From IMG/VR virus record IMGVR_UViG_3300044956_001223: DNA of 64,000 nucleotides. The stretch is one strand, 5' to 3'. The position numbers and the translations under genes were made by a program. Position 1 is the first letter of the stretch; every line of letters begins with the position of its first letter. Positions 18,706-28,378 of this stretch are shown here, piece after piece. The stretch is from an uncultured virus (IMG/VR IMGVR_UViG_3300044956_001223). Lineage: Duplodnaviria; Heunggongvirae; Uroviricota; Caudoviricetes. The notes below the pieces were generated by a model. That model made no database searches. It saw only the letters and a program-made list of their open reading frames with translations, and had not been told where the DNA came from.

Positions 18706-21432
18706 ATGCCATCAATATTTAAAAACATAGATACAGTAACAGTTAATGGGTCTAATAAATATTTAGGCGGATACATATATGATGTAAATTTTAAACCATC
18801 TATAGGCCAAGAAGCGGCTACTTTAACAGTTAGTTTAGTTAGCGAGGATGGTAGATATGCCAACCCAATCCTAACCGTAAAACAACCTAGTCAAATTCGC
18901 ATAGGTAACCTTTCATTAAATATGTATCCGATTAAATATACAAAGAAAGATTCTCCACAAGGCAAAATATTAGAAGTAGAATTTACTGATGGAAGTTTTT
19001 ATTTAGATAAAATATATGTAGGATTAATAAAAAAACATTGGAATGTCCCAAGAGGTAATTTTTATCAAAGATTTACAATAAATAAAAATTTTATAATTCT
19101 AGGAAGAGAACTCCACCCATGCGACACAGATAAAGACGGAAGATTAAGCCCGCAGGAAATAAGAGATTCTGATCCTTGCGATCCTTGCCCATCCTGTCCG
19201 CCAGAAAAATTAAATAAACAAACAAAATGTGATGAGCTAAGTTTCCAAAAAATATTCGACGTTGCTTATAATTTTTATGAATTTTTAGATGGCCTTGCCG
19301 CGATGGGAAAATTTTCAGTTCAGAAACCCCAAATTCCAGAATCTCAAATTAAACAATATATAAGAGATTATACAGGTACAGCAAGAACAGTTTTGGATTC
19401 ATGGTGTTCTGATTTGGCATTAAGCTATGTCTACGATTCTTCAAGCAATCTTTTATTTTTTAAAGATATATCAAATGACTTAAAAGTAAATGAATCAGCA
19501 ATTAAAAATTTAGTCGAAAGCGCCTCGACGAAAGTCATTTCTAAAGAAATAGAGGAATCTATGGAAAATACTTTATCTCATGGTTCTTTGTCTTTATATG
19601 AGAGAGATGGTCAGCTTAAGAGTTATAATTGTACAAAATCTCAATCATTAGTTTTACCAATCATAACAGATTTTGATTTTCTTGGAGAAAGAAAAAGAAC
19701 CACCGCAGATAAAAAATTAGATTCTCTTCTTGATACTGTTGGCGCAATTTTAGGGAATTATTCTGAAAGTTTAAGAGAAAGTTTTTGGTTAAGAAAAATT
19801 TATGGGGTTAACAATCCAAAATCCGCAAGAAAAATGGTAGAAAAACTTGAACTTGGTAAAGGATCTCAAGAAAGAGGTTCTGGATATTTTGAAAAAATAA
19901 GTAAAAAAATGCCGGAATTAGGAAATATGATTATTATTGGCGTAATTGAAGATCCCGCCAAAGCTGCTGGAAGTTTAGAAGAAGAAGAAAAGCTAATAAA
20001 TCAACAGTACAATACACTAGTTAATAATATGTCCAATGACATAGAAAGAAATCAATTTTTAAAAGATAAAGGATTTTTTTTAATAGCTTATCATGAAAAA
20101 GATAACTATGAAAAAAGATTACAAACAGAACAACAACTTTTTGAAGCATTGGGAAGATTTTATGTTAGAGAAGGATATGTAAAACTTTGTGGAATAACAG
20201 GTTCTCCAGAAGAAATAATTAGAAATACAGAGATTAATGCTGGAGATGGAGGTAATGCTAACTTTTATTCTAGAGGATTTGAATTATCTAACTTACCAAT
20301 AGCAAAATATCCTTATGAGCCCAATGGATATGTTTCCTGCTTGTTAGCTCCATCAGTAGCTAAAGCAGATTCAACAAAAAATCCCCCTAAAAGTATATTT
20401 GAAAATTTAGAAACTAAAACAACAGATAATGCATCATATTATGGCCCAACAATATTAACGATTGAAAGAGAGCCCGTATGGGATCCAGATCCTAAAAAAT
20501 TAGAAGGTTACAAAGAACTTTTAGACAAATTCCAAGGTTTTATGCTCAAAGAATATGGTAATGACGGAAGAGGTTATGTACCAACTTCTGCATACCCAGA
20601 AAGTATACAAGAAATTTTAAAAACTAATGTTTCTTCAGTGGTATCTCCGGCCGGAGATATACTTCCTGGAAATATAAGAATATACACAATGATTCCTCAA
20701 GATTCTTTGAATATTAACTGGGTTTGGAATGTAGAGCATCCAACAGAAAAGCTTGGAAAAGAAATAAAAGAGAATAAACAAAGAAAAGATCCTACTACTA
20801 TTCCAGGTTTAATAAGTAAAAAAACTTTTAAAATTTCAATAGACGACACTTTCGCTATATATGCTCCACCACTTTCTATCCAAGAAAATCTAAAACCAGG
20901 AAATCAATCGGATGATAACCCATGTGACGATTTTGTTAAAGACAGAAAACCAGCATATCGAGTAATTCTAAATCAAAGTTATAATGTTTCTAAAGAAATA
21001 CCTAAAATACAAAGCGTTCAAGAAAATCTTCCAAATGTTTTTTCAGAAGATACTATGAAATTTGAATTAAATTATTTAAATATTACAGACTCAGATTTTA
21101 GAGTTTTAGGAGCAACTTGTACTCCAAATAATTTGGTATTAAAAGAAATTCACAATAAATTTAATGTAAGACAAACTTCTTCGGTCTTAGAAAGATTTAA
21201 AAAAATAAAATATCAATTAAAAGGTATTCCTAATATTGATTTAAAAACAGCATTAGATTTAGGCCTAGATGAATTAAATTTTTCTTATGCTGCGGATGGA
21301 GGAGTTTGTAATATTTCATTTAGCAATAGTTATGCAAAGACTCCTAGTTTAGATGCAATTCGTGCGGGAATTGCATATAACAAAATACAACATTATTCAT
21401 CATCTTCATCCGCAAAGGAATCTTCAATATAA
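18706..21432 (+). CDS. Putative baseplate hub/tail tip protein
   Basis: 908 aa; N-terminal GYIYDVNF...ATLTVSLVSEDG...LEVEFTD, then a G.AR.VLDSWC segment resembling hub/Tal-type proteins. Confidence 0.45.
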   Translation: MPSIFKNIDTVTVNGSNKYLGGYIYDVNFKPSIGQEAATLTVSLVSEDGRYANPILTVKQPSQIRIGNLSLNMYPIKYTKKDSPQGKILEVEFTDGSFYLDKIYVGLIKKHWNVPRGNFYQRFTINKNFIILGRELHPCDTDKDGRLSPQEIRDSDPCDPCPSCPPEKLNKQTKCDELSFQKIFDVAYNFYEFLDGLAAMGKFSVQKPQIPESQIKQYIRDYTGTARTVLDSWCSDLALSYVYDSSSNLLFFKDISNDLKVNESAIKNLVESASTKVISKEIEESMENTLSHGSLSLYERDGQLKSYNCTKSQSLVLPIITDFDFLGERKRTTADKKLDSLLDTVGAILGNYSESLRESFWLRKIYGVNNPKSARKMVEKLELGKGSQERGSGYFEKISKKMPELGNMIIIGVIEDPAKAAGSLEEEEKLINQQYNTLVNNMSNDIERNQFLKDKGFFLIAYHEKDNYEKRLQTEQQLFEALGRFYVREGYVKLCGITGSPEEIIRNTEINAGDGGNANFYSRGFELSNLPIAKYPYEPNGYVSCLLAPSVAKADSTKNPPKSIFENLETKTTDNASYYGPTILTIEREPVWDPDPKKLEGYKELLDKFQGFMLKEYGNDGRGYVPTSAYPESIQEILKTNVSSVVSPAGDILPGNIRIYTMIPQDSLNINWVWNVEHPTEKLGKEIKENKQRKDPTTIPGLISKKTFKISIDDTFAIYAPPLSIQENLKPGNQSDDNPCDDFVKDRKPAYRVILNQSYNVSKEIPKIQSVQENLPNVFSEDTMKFELNYLNITDSDFRVLGATCTPNNLVLKEIHNKFNVRQTSSVLERFKKIKYQLKGIPNIDLKTALDLGLDELNFSYAADGGVCNISFSNSYAKTPSLDAIRAGIAYNKIQHYSSSSSAKESSI

Positions 21433-24400
21433 TGATTGCATCAGGCTTTAAGAAAATAAATTTTTTAAATCAAACTGAAAACTTTGATTATAATATATTA
21501 TTAAGTATTTCAAATTTTACTGGCTATTTTGAATTTGGTTTAAGCGGAAGCGGAGAAAATTTATCTTTCAATGGTCAACATGGAAAATTAAGAGATAAGA
21601 ACAATAACCTCATGATAGGTTATGTCAAGGATGAACCATTAGATATACAGGGAAAAATATCTTTAAATAAACAATCTTTGTCGATTAATAATTTTTTAAT
21701 TTATCAAAATATAGATCTCACGGGTTACAATTTTAACCATTTTTACTTAAATCCTATCAATGTAAATATCGATTACTCTTTTAGCTTAACTGGAAAAACT
21801 ACAGATTTTAATCTAAGTTTATTAAATAAAAAAATAAAGGATTTTAATATAACTGGTGCAGATGGAACTACTTTCAGTACCAAAACTTTAACTGGATTAA
21901 TTCTTAATTCTAGTCCTGATTTAGAAATAAAAATATTCTCAGGAGAAGTTTTAAATAAAAGCGACTACTATTCGCTTGGAGGATTTCCTACGTCTTTTTA
22001 TAATAGTGGTCAATATTTAATAGATACTCATACGGGAGAAGACGCGTTAATAAATGATGCTTTCGAAGCTAGATTTTATACAAATTTTGGAATAATAGAC
22101 AAAACGATACAGATAAGTGGAGACGAAATTCCTTTATTTTTCTTATTTTTTAATGTTCTTCCGCAAATAAGTGGTTTTCCAAATCTTCAAACTGGATCTG
22201 ATTTAATTTTCGTAAATAATCCTAAAAATTATTATGTTAGTTATGGTTATGTTTCTGGTGCTCAAGTACAAGCAAGTTTGACGTATATTCAAGGACTAAC
22301 TGGAAATGTAACTGGATTTTTAGAAGCAACCGGAGCATTTTCTGGTTATTTAAGTGGATTAATAACTGGATCAGGATTTTTATCAACGTTCATCACTGGG
22401 ACAGGAATAACGTTTAGTGTTTATAATGAATTTTTAAATTCCGTTGAATTTTCAAATGAAACTGGGTTTTTTGCAAAAAAGTTTTTTGAAGCGACAGGTT
22501 ATTCACAAGGAAATTATTATGTAAAAGGTTTTGGTTCTGGCTCTGGAATTTTTCTCAAAGATATATATGCTTCAGGGCTGCAAAACTTTACTTATAGTGG
22601 ACAGGTCCCATATATAGGGGGGATTAATGTTATATTTAATCCTCAATCAATGATCGGAACGGGTAAAGATGTAAATGAAATTGGTCAAACAATTTATCCA
22701 GAAGGGTATTTAGATTATACAGATGTTGCAAACAGTATTAAAATATTATATACTGGATTTCTTACTGGAGTAATTCTAGATACTGGAAAATATGGATTAA
22801 AAACTTTTTTTTACGATCCCCAAAAAACTGGAAAATTTGTATTTGAATCTTTTATACCAGGTACAGGATTAAAATTTAAATCATTTATAACAGGTATAGT
22901 AACTCCTCAATTTTTTGTAGATCTGCCATTTGGGTATTTTCAATTTATTAAAAATGTGACTGGAATAATTAGTGGGGACGCAAGAACATTTGATGATAAT
23001 TCTGTATATACTGGATATAAAAAATTATTAGAATGTTCCGAATCAACTGGATCAAGGAATTATGTAGTTTCTACTACTATTAATTTTACGGGGGAAGAAT
23101 CTATTAAAGTAACTGGATATGCTTTTTTAAGCCCTTGCACCCAAGCTGAAATACCGAGTGGGTTTAGTATTGAATTTACAGGTCTAGGCGATAAACTTTA
23201 TTTAATAGTAGATGAAGATAAATGTAAAATCAATAAAATCCAAGCGGATGAAAATATCCCGAAATGGCTGCTCATTAAACCTTCTGGTGTTTTTGAAATT
23301 TTATTTAAAACAGGAATATCTGGAAATAATTTACCTTTATATTCGGATGATTTATTTTTTAGTCAAAATTCTGGGAAACAATATCAGTTGTTTGCAGATA
23401 ATTCTTCTGGTTATTTTAAAAATATAATTGGTGATAAATGTACAAATGAAGGAATTTGGGAACAATATTTTAAAACTGCAGTGCAAGTAAAAGAGAATTA
23501 TTCAAACTTTTATTTAAAAAACTTTAATGTCAATTTAATTAGTCTTGAAGATAATGGAAGAGATTATCCTTCAGAAGTGTATTTCAATGTAAAAAATAAC
23601 AATGAAAATTATAATTTTCAATTAACTCAAAATAATACAGTTATTAACTCTTCTCCACAAAGGGATTTACATCTAAAATTAATTTTAAGCAAGAAAATCC
23701 TAGATGGATATAGTGGACTTTACGAAACCAGTTATTTTAAATCTAATAATCTTTTTAGTTTTTGCACTGGTCTTTCAATTGGAGATTATCGAGCAAAAAT
23801 AAAATATTTAAATGTAGACAAATCTCCAAAAATTAGAAGTTTATGTCGTATACCTATACAAATAGCAAATATATTAGATAAAAATATTTATAACAAATTG
23901 AATATCGATTTTTTTACTGGATCTGGACAACTATCTCAAGATTTTTATGGATTTAGATATCTTGGAAGCGGCTGGCATCAACAAGCAAATATTTATTATA
24001 CAAAAACAGGAATTTATGGACATGGTTTTATAACTGGTTATACTCAAGTTTATAGAGATATGTTATATACTCCTCCTTATATTGATTCACAAGATAATTT
24101 TACTCCGGACTTAAGATTAATACAAGCTTTCAATCTCGCTTTAACTGGATTAAATTGGAGTGGATACGGAGTAAAAAATATTAATATATTTACAAACAGA
24201 GTTTCTTTATCTGGTGTATATAAAAAAGATTTTTTAAAATATATCAATGACATTTACAATACAGGAAAATTTATTGTAAATGTTTTTGATTATCCAGATG
24301 TTTCTTTTTGGGGCAAACAAAAACTTTGGGTTGAAGGATCTGGAATTTCTGGTATCTTCTATGAAGATGACGGAATATTCAATAAATTAGAAGTTCACTC

Positions 24401-25586
24401 ATTAGATGTTATAGAACCATTTTTAAAAGATATAGCAGAAGTAGGGGGCGGGACATATTATTCATTTACAAATAACACATACGTAGATAAATTATATAGT
24501 AATTATTCTAAAAAAATAGTTCCCATTTTAAATAAAGCAGTACATGTTATTTGCGATGCAAGTTATCCATCGGAACCAACTCAAGATACAACTCCGGGTC
24601 AGACAGGAGTAGATGTTATTATTACCGGCCCTGTTCCTCCTCCACCTATTCCACCTGGACCGTTCCTTCCTGCAGGAATAGATATACCTCCAAGTCCCGA
24701 AGAAGATGCAAAGTTTATAATAGGAGGAGGAGGAGGAGGAGGAGGAGGAGGAGGGTCGTCGGGCAGAACTACATCAGAACCGGGCTGTTTTAGTCCAAAT
24801 AAATTTCCAATAAATAAAAGCGCTTCACCTGTATCGTTTGAAACACAACCTGTTTATAGATTCAGAAACGGCAAATGTCGATGCATTACACCTGGAATAG
24901 CTACAATGAAAGCTACATTGACAAATATAAATTGTGCAGAAAATTCTCTTTATATCGATGCGGTTTTAAAAATAAAAACATTAGATGGCTATAATCTAAA
25001 ATATATTTTAGATGGCGGATATCAAAAAATACCAAAAAATGAGACAAAAGAAATCACTCTTAGGGGAAAAGCTTGTGGTCCAGTAAAAGGAGAATACATG
25101 GAGGTATTTTTTGCAGGAGCAAGACAACAAACTATTTGGGGGACCTATGATTGTCCATGTATTTGTCCTAGTGACATGAAGCCTCCTCTAAAACCTGAAT
25201 ATGATCTAAAAAAATGTCCAAATGACATAGTAACTATTTTTGCTTGGGATTGTGAAAATTATTTAGAAGCAAAAAACAAGCATGGCAATCATCTCCATAA
25301 CTGTCAAAAATGTGCAGGAAATGGCGGATGCACTTGGGACGCCGCCCCAAATTATGATCCAGAAGCATCATTTGATGATGGATCATGTATAACTTGTTTT
25401 AATCAAGGTTTATGCAGATATGGAGATGATTGTAAGGGGGGAGATTGTAATAGCGTAGGAAATGGATGTTGTGATGAAGGTTGTGCTCCATGCAACGGAA
25501 CACCCGATGATTGTTCTCCTACTCGTAATAATAGCGCAGTTAAATATGATTTTGAAGGTAACCCAGTCGTATATTGGGGCTGTTAA
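21432..25586 (+). CDS. Large virion protein: TG/SG-rich region, degenerate VWA-like domain, Pro-rich and poly-Gly linker, Cys-rich C-terminus
   Basis: 1384 aa; IQIANILD...AFNLAL..LNW...KNINIFT...LKDIAEVGGGTY (VWA-like); C.W.AAPNYDPEASFDDGSC motif. Confidence 0.6.
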   Translation: MIASGFKKINFLNQTENFDYNILLSISNFTGYFEFGLSGSGENLSFNGQHGKLRDKNNNLMIGYVKDEPLDIQGKISLNKQSLSINNFLIYQNIDLTGYNFNHFYLNPINVNIDYSFSLTGKTTDFNLSLLNKKIKDFNITGADGTTFSTKTLTGLILNSSPDLEIKIFSGEVLNKSDYYSLGGFPTSFYNSGQYLIDTHTGEDALINDAFEARFYTNFGIIDKTIQISGDEIPLFFLFFNVLPQISGFPNLQTGSDLIFVNNPKNYYVSYGYVSGAQVQASLTYIQGLTGNVTGFLEATGAFSGYLSGLITGSGFLSTFITGTGITFSVYNEFLNSVEFSNETGFFAKKFFEATGYSQGNYYVKGFGSGSGIFLKDIYASGLQNFTYSGQVPYIGGINVIFNPQSMIGTGKDVNEIGQTIYPEGYLDYTDVANSIKILYTGFLTGVILDTGKYGLKTFFYDPQKTGKFVFESFIPGTGLKFKSFITGIVTPQFFVDLPFGYFQFIKNVTGIISGDARTFDDNSVYTGYKKLLECSESTGSRNYVVSTTINFTGEESIKVTGYAFLSPCTQAEIPSGFSIEFTGLGDKLYLIVDEDKCKINKIQADENIPKWLLIKPSGVFEILFKTGISGNNLPLYSDDLFFSQNSGKQYQLFADNSSGYFKNIIGDKCTNEGIWEQYFKTAVQVKENYSNFYLKNFNVNLISLEDNGRDYPSEVYFNVKNNNENYNFQLTQNNTVINSSPQRDLHLKLILSKKILDGYSGLYETSYFKSNNLFSFCTGLSIGDYRAKIKYLNVDKSPKIRSLCRIPIQIANILDKNIYNKLNIDFFTGSGQLSQDFYGFRYLGSGWHQQANIYYTKTGIYGHGFITGYTQVYRDMLYTPPYIDSQDNFTPDLRLIQAFNLALTGLNWSGYGVKNINIFTNRVSLSGVYKKDFLKYINDIYNTGKFIVNVFDYPDVSFWGKQKLWVEGSGISGIFYEDDGIFNKLEVHSLDVIEPFLKDIAEVGGGTYYSFTNNTYVDKLYSNYSKKIVPILNKAVHVICDASYPSEPTQDTTPGQTGVDVIITGPVPPPPIPPGPFLPAGIDIPPSPEEDAKFIIGGGGGGGGGGGSSGRTTSEPGCFSPNKFPINKSASPVSFETQPVYRFRNGKCRCITPGIATMKATLTNINCAENSLYIDAVLKIKTLDGYNLKYILDGGYQKIPKNETKEITLRGKACGPVKGEYMEVFFAGARQQTIWGTYDCPCICPSDMKPPLKPEYDLKKCPNDIVTIFAWDCENYLEAKNKHGNHLHNCQKCAGNGGCTWDAAPNYDPEASFDDGSCITCFNQGLCRYGDDCKGGDCNSVGNGCCDEGCAPCNGTPDDCSPTRNNSAVKYDFEGNPVVYWGC
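24723..24752 (+). repeat. (GGA)10 in-frame microsatellite encoding poly-Gly
   Basis: Ten perfect GGA units followed by GGG (11 Gly). Confidence 0.95.
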
Positions 25587-25588
25587 AA

Positions 25589-26005
25589 TTAAATAAAAAA
25601 TACATCTATATTTTCTTCATCTGCTTTTACTACAGAAAAATTACGAAATTTAGCTTTTTCAAAATTTAACTTCTCTACAAATTTTAACCATTCAGATCTT
25701 TTTACTCTTTCTATTGTCCCTGAATAGTTTTTTGGCGGAGCTATAAAAAATAAGAAATGATTTAAATCAAATGCCCCTGGGTGGGTATTAATAAAATCTC
25801 TAAAAAACAAGTAAGCTTTTTCTTTATTTTTTAATATATAGTCTTTTATTCTATTCCTACATCCACAATTAGGATTATTTATGGCGCTTTCTATGTCTTC
25901 TGCCATTTCTGGCGCCCATTCTTTTGTTAATTCTTTAAATACTGGATTATTTATAAGGTAAAGAAATATTTCACCTAAATAAGGATAGTTTTCATCTATT
26001 GTCAT
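25589..26005 (-). CDS. Hypothetical protein (NPNCGC motif), lone antisense gene in the structural block
   Basis: 138-aa ORF filling the gap between two + strand genes. Confidence 0.65.
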   Translation of the reverse strand: MTIDENYPYLGEIFLYLINNPVFKELTKEWAPEMAEDIESAINNPNCGCRNRIKDYILKNKEKAYLFFRDFINTHPGAFDLNHFLFFIAPPKNYSGTIERVKRSEWLKFVEKLNFEKAKFRNFSVVKADEENIDVFFI

Positions 26006-26059
26006 ATTAATATAATATATATATATATGTATCTTACGTCTAAAAAAAACACATTTTAA

Positions 26060-26102
26060 GTGTAATTTTATGTATATATTAATATTTTAGAAAGGAATAA
26101 GG
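26060..26102 (+). promoter_or_regulatory. GTGTAA motif plus AGG-AATA-AGG leader element
   Basis: GTGTAA 26060-26065; agg-aata-agg 26093-26102; ATG 26124. Confidence 0.55.
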
Positions 26103-26123
26103 CTTAAATATACTTAACAAGTA

Positions 26124-27449
26124 ATGAATATTTTAAATAGCGTAGAATACTTGCAAAAAGGTAAATTTTCTTTTTTTAAAATAAAAACTGCGGGAGATGT
26201 AACGCCAACTGGTTTTCAGATATATAATTTACCACAAGGAATGTTATCGTTCGAGCCAGATGGATGGGTTTATGGAACTCCATCAGAACAAGGTTCTTCT
26301 AAAACTATAATTGTTGCTAAATCAGAATTTCAAGATTCATACAAATTTGTAGATATCATTGTAAAAGATATTGATGAATTGATTAATTTTAAAAATGAAG
26401 TTGTGACCGCAAATTCTTTTGAAGAAGTTGATATTTCAAAAATAGAAAATTTTGATGCAGATAATTATTTTCAAAAATTAAAAACTTCAAATACTACTAA
26501 TTTAGTTCCGAACAATGTTGTTAATTTTCAATATGCAACCGGTCAAAATGTTAATATTAATTTAGGTTTTTTATTAAGTGGTTTTTATAAAATAACCGGA
26601 GGAATATCAAATCCTACTGGGTTTTCTTTTATAAATAATTCATACACTTCTAGTGCATTTTATTTTCAAGTCATTAAAAAAACAGGTATATCAAAAATTA
26701 CAGGGTGGGGAAATAATGATAGCGGGAGAGCTATTGGTGGAAATAAAACAACCGGAGCAATATTAGTCAGCGCAGGTAATGATCATTCTTTGGCATTATT
26801 AGATGGTTTTATTTTAACTGGTTGGGGGAGTAATCAACATAGCAAAGTGTACGGAACACAAAATTTATCAAACATTCAAAATACTCCAATGCGAAAATTA
26901 ACAGGCGTGGCGGGAATTAGCGCGGGATCTGGTCATAGTTTAGCTTTATTGTTTAATAAAAAAGTTACTGGCTGGGGATTAAATGCAAATGGTCAAGTTT
27001 CTGGAAATTTAATTGGTGGAAGTTGGTCCACAAATCCAGTAGCAGTTTTGACTGGCGTCAGACAAGTAAATGCTGGTGGGCTTCATAGCTTAGCTTTATT
27101 ATCTAATAGAAGAGTCACTGGTTGGGGAGATAATACATATAATCAAGCTCTTGGAGGATTAAATATAACTGGAGTTATACAAATTAGCGCCGGACAAGAA
27201 CATAGTCTTGCTCTTCTAAATAATTTTAAAATTACTGGTTGGGGAAGAAATAATTTAAACCAAGTATCTGGTTCAAATTCATTTGCCACATGGGAAGATT
27301 GCCCTCCAGGAAAATTAAGTGGGGTAATTAAAGTCGAAGCTGGAGCTTTTCATAGTTTAGCTTTATTAAGCAATGGAAGTGTTACGGGTTGGGGATTAAA
27401 TAATTTTAATCAAGCAACGAGTTTTTGTGTTAGTGCTGGAGCACTATGA
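26124..27449 (+). CDS. He_PIG (putative Ig) domain plus incomplete RCC1/BLIP-II propeller
   Basis: NLPQG...GWVYGTPSEQG (He_PIG); six TGWG.N and five AG..HS.AL half-repeats. Confidence 0.75.
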   Translation: MNILNSVEYLQKGKFSFFKIKTAGDVTPTGFQIYNLPQGMLSFEPDGWVYGTPSEQGSSKTIIVAKSEFQDSYKFVDIIVKDIDELINFKNEVVTANSFEEVDISKIENFDADNYFQKLKTSNTTNLVPNNVVNFQYATGQNVNINLGFLLSGFYKITGGISNPTGFSFINNSYTSSAFYFQVIKKTGISKITGWGNNDSGRAIGGNKTTGAILVSAGNDHSLALLDGFILTGWGSNQHSKVYGTQNLSNIQNTPMRKLTGVAGISAGSGHSLALLFNKKVTGWGLNANGQVSGNLIGGSWSTNPVAVLTGVRQVNAGGLHSLALLSNRRVTGWGDNTYNQALGGLNITGVIQISAGQEHSLALLNNFKITGWGRNNLNQVSGSNSFATWEDCPPGKLSGVIKVEAGAFHSLALLSNGSVTGWGLNNFNQATSFCVSAGAL

Positions 27450-28333
27450 GCCCAGTAGTAACATCTTTTGATTCAAATGGTTGCCCTATTTATGGATGCC
27501 CTCCTCTTAATCAAGCTATAACAAAAAATTTACCAATAAATTATTATGGAACTGTACAACCTTGGACTACTTCTTTTACTTTTTCATCTGAGACACCAAG
27601 AGAAATTTTAAGTGAAAATATTTTAATTGGTTTTGATGAGGAGGGCTGTCCAATATACTTATGTAGATTTACATTAACAATAAACGGAGGTCGTGGTGTT
27701 AATTTAAGAGAATATTTAAATTATGATCTTAGTGCAATAGGAAATTTAGATTTAATATTTAGATTTGAAGGAAATACAGGAGCAAAAGATAAACCAGATG
27801 CTAGCCCAGCAATAGATACTGGAGATTGGCCCGCAGGAACGACTCTTAAAATTATAAATGGTCCAGTTATTGGAGGAGGATGCAATCCAACAGCAGGAGT
27901 AATTGCTGGAAGAGGAGATGGTTATTGTGGTGGAGGAGGTAAGGGAACGGCAGCAATTCATGTAAGAGCAGGTATACATTTAATTATAGTAAATGATGGA
28001 AAAATTGGAGGCGGAGGAGGAGTTGGAGGAGATACGGGAGGTCCATGTGGAGAAGGTGGTCCAGGAGCAGGTATACCAGCCGGAACAAATAATGGAGGCG
28101 GAGGAGGAAATACTTGTTGTGGAGGAGAAGGTCCAGCTTCTGTATTATGTGGCGGAAATGGAGGAGGTGGTTCTGGTTCTGGAGGAAATCTAGGTAATCC
28201 AGGAGGATGTGGAAGTTATTGTCAAACTAACGCTAATCCAGCAATTAAACTCGGGGCGGGCGCAAGTTTTGCTTTTGATGCAATTTCTTCAAGACCATTT
28301 TTTGAAGGACAAGGAATTGTTACTTCTTTATAA
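27446..28333 (+). CDS. Glycine-rich adhesin resembling T-even gp38 (polyglycine II sandwich)
   Basis: TLKIING...IAGRG.G...AI.....LIIVNDGKIGGGGG.GG pattern; many Gly runs and Cys. Confidence 0.55.
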   Translation: MSPVVTSFDSNGCPIYGCPPLNQAITKNLPINYYGTVQPWTTSFTFSSETPREILSENILIGFDEEGCPIYLCRFTLTINGGRGVNLREYLNYDLSAIGNLDLIFRFEGNTGAKDKPDASPAIDTGDWPAGTTLKIINGPVIGGGCNPTAGVIAGRGDGYCGGGGKGTAAIHVRAGIHLIIVNDGKIGGGGGVGGDTGGPCGEGGPGAGIPAGTNNGGGGGNTCCGGEGPASVLCGGNGGGGSGSGGNLGNPGGCGSYCQTNANPAIKLGAGASFAFDAISSRPFFEGQGIVTSL

Positions 28334-28344
28334 TTTATTTAAAT

Positions 28345-28350
28345 GTGTAA
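28345..28350 (+). promoter_or_regulatory. GTGTAA motif
   Basis: In the 45-nt gap before ATG 28379. Confidence 0.5.
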
Positions 28351-28378
28351 TTTTATGAAAGAAAAAAGAACATAATAT

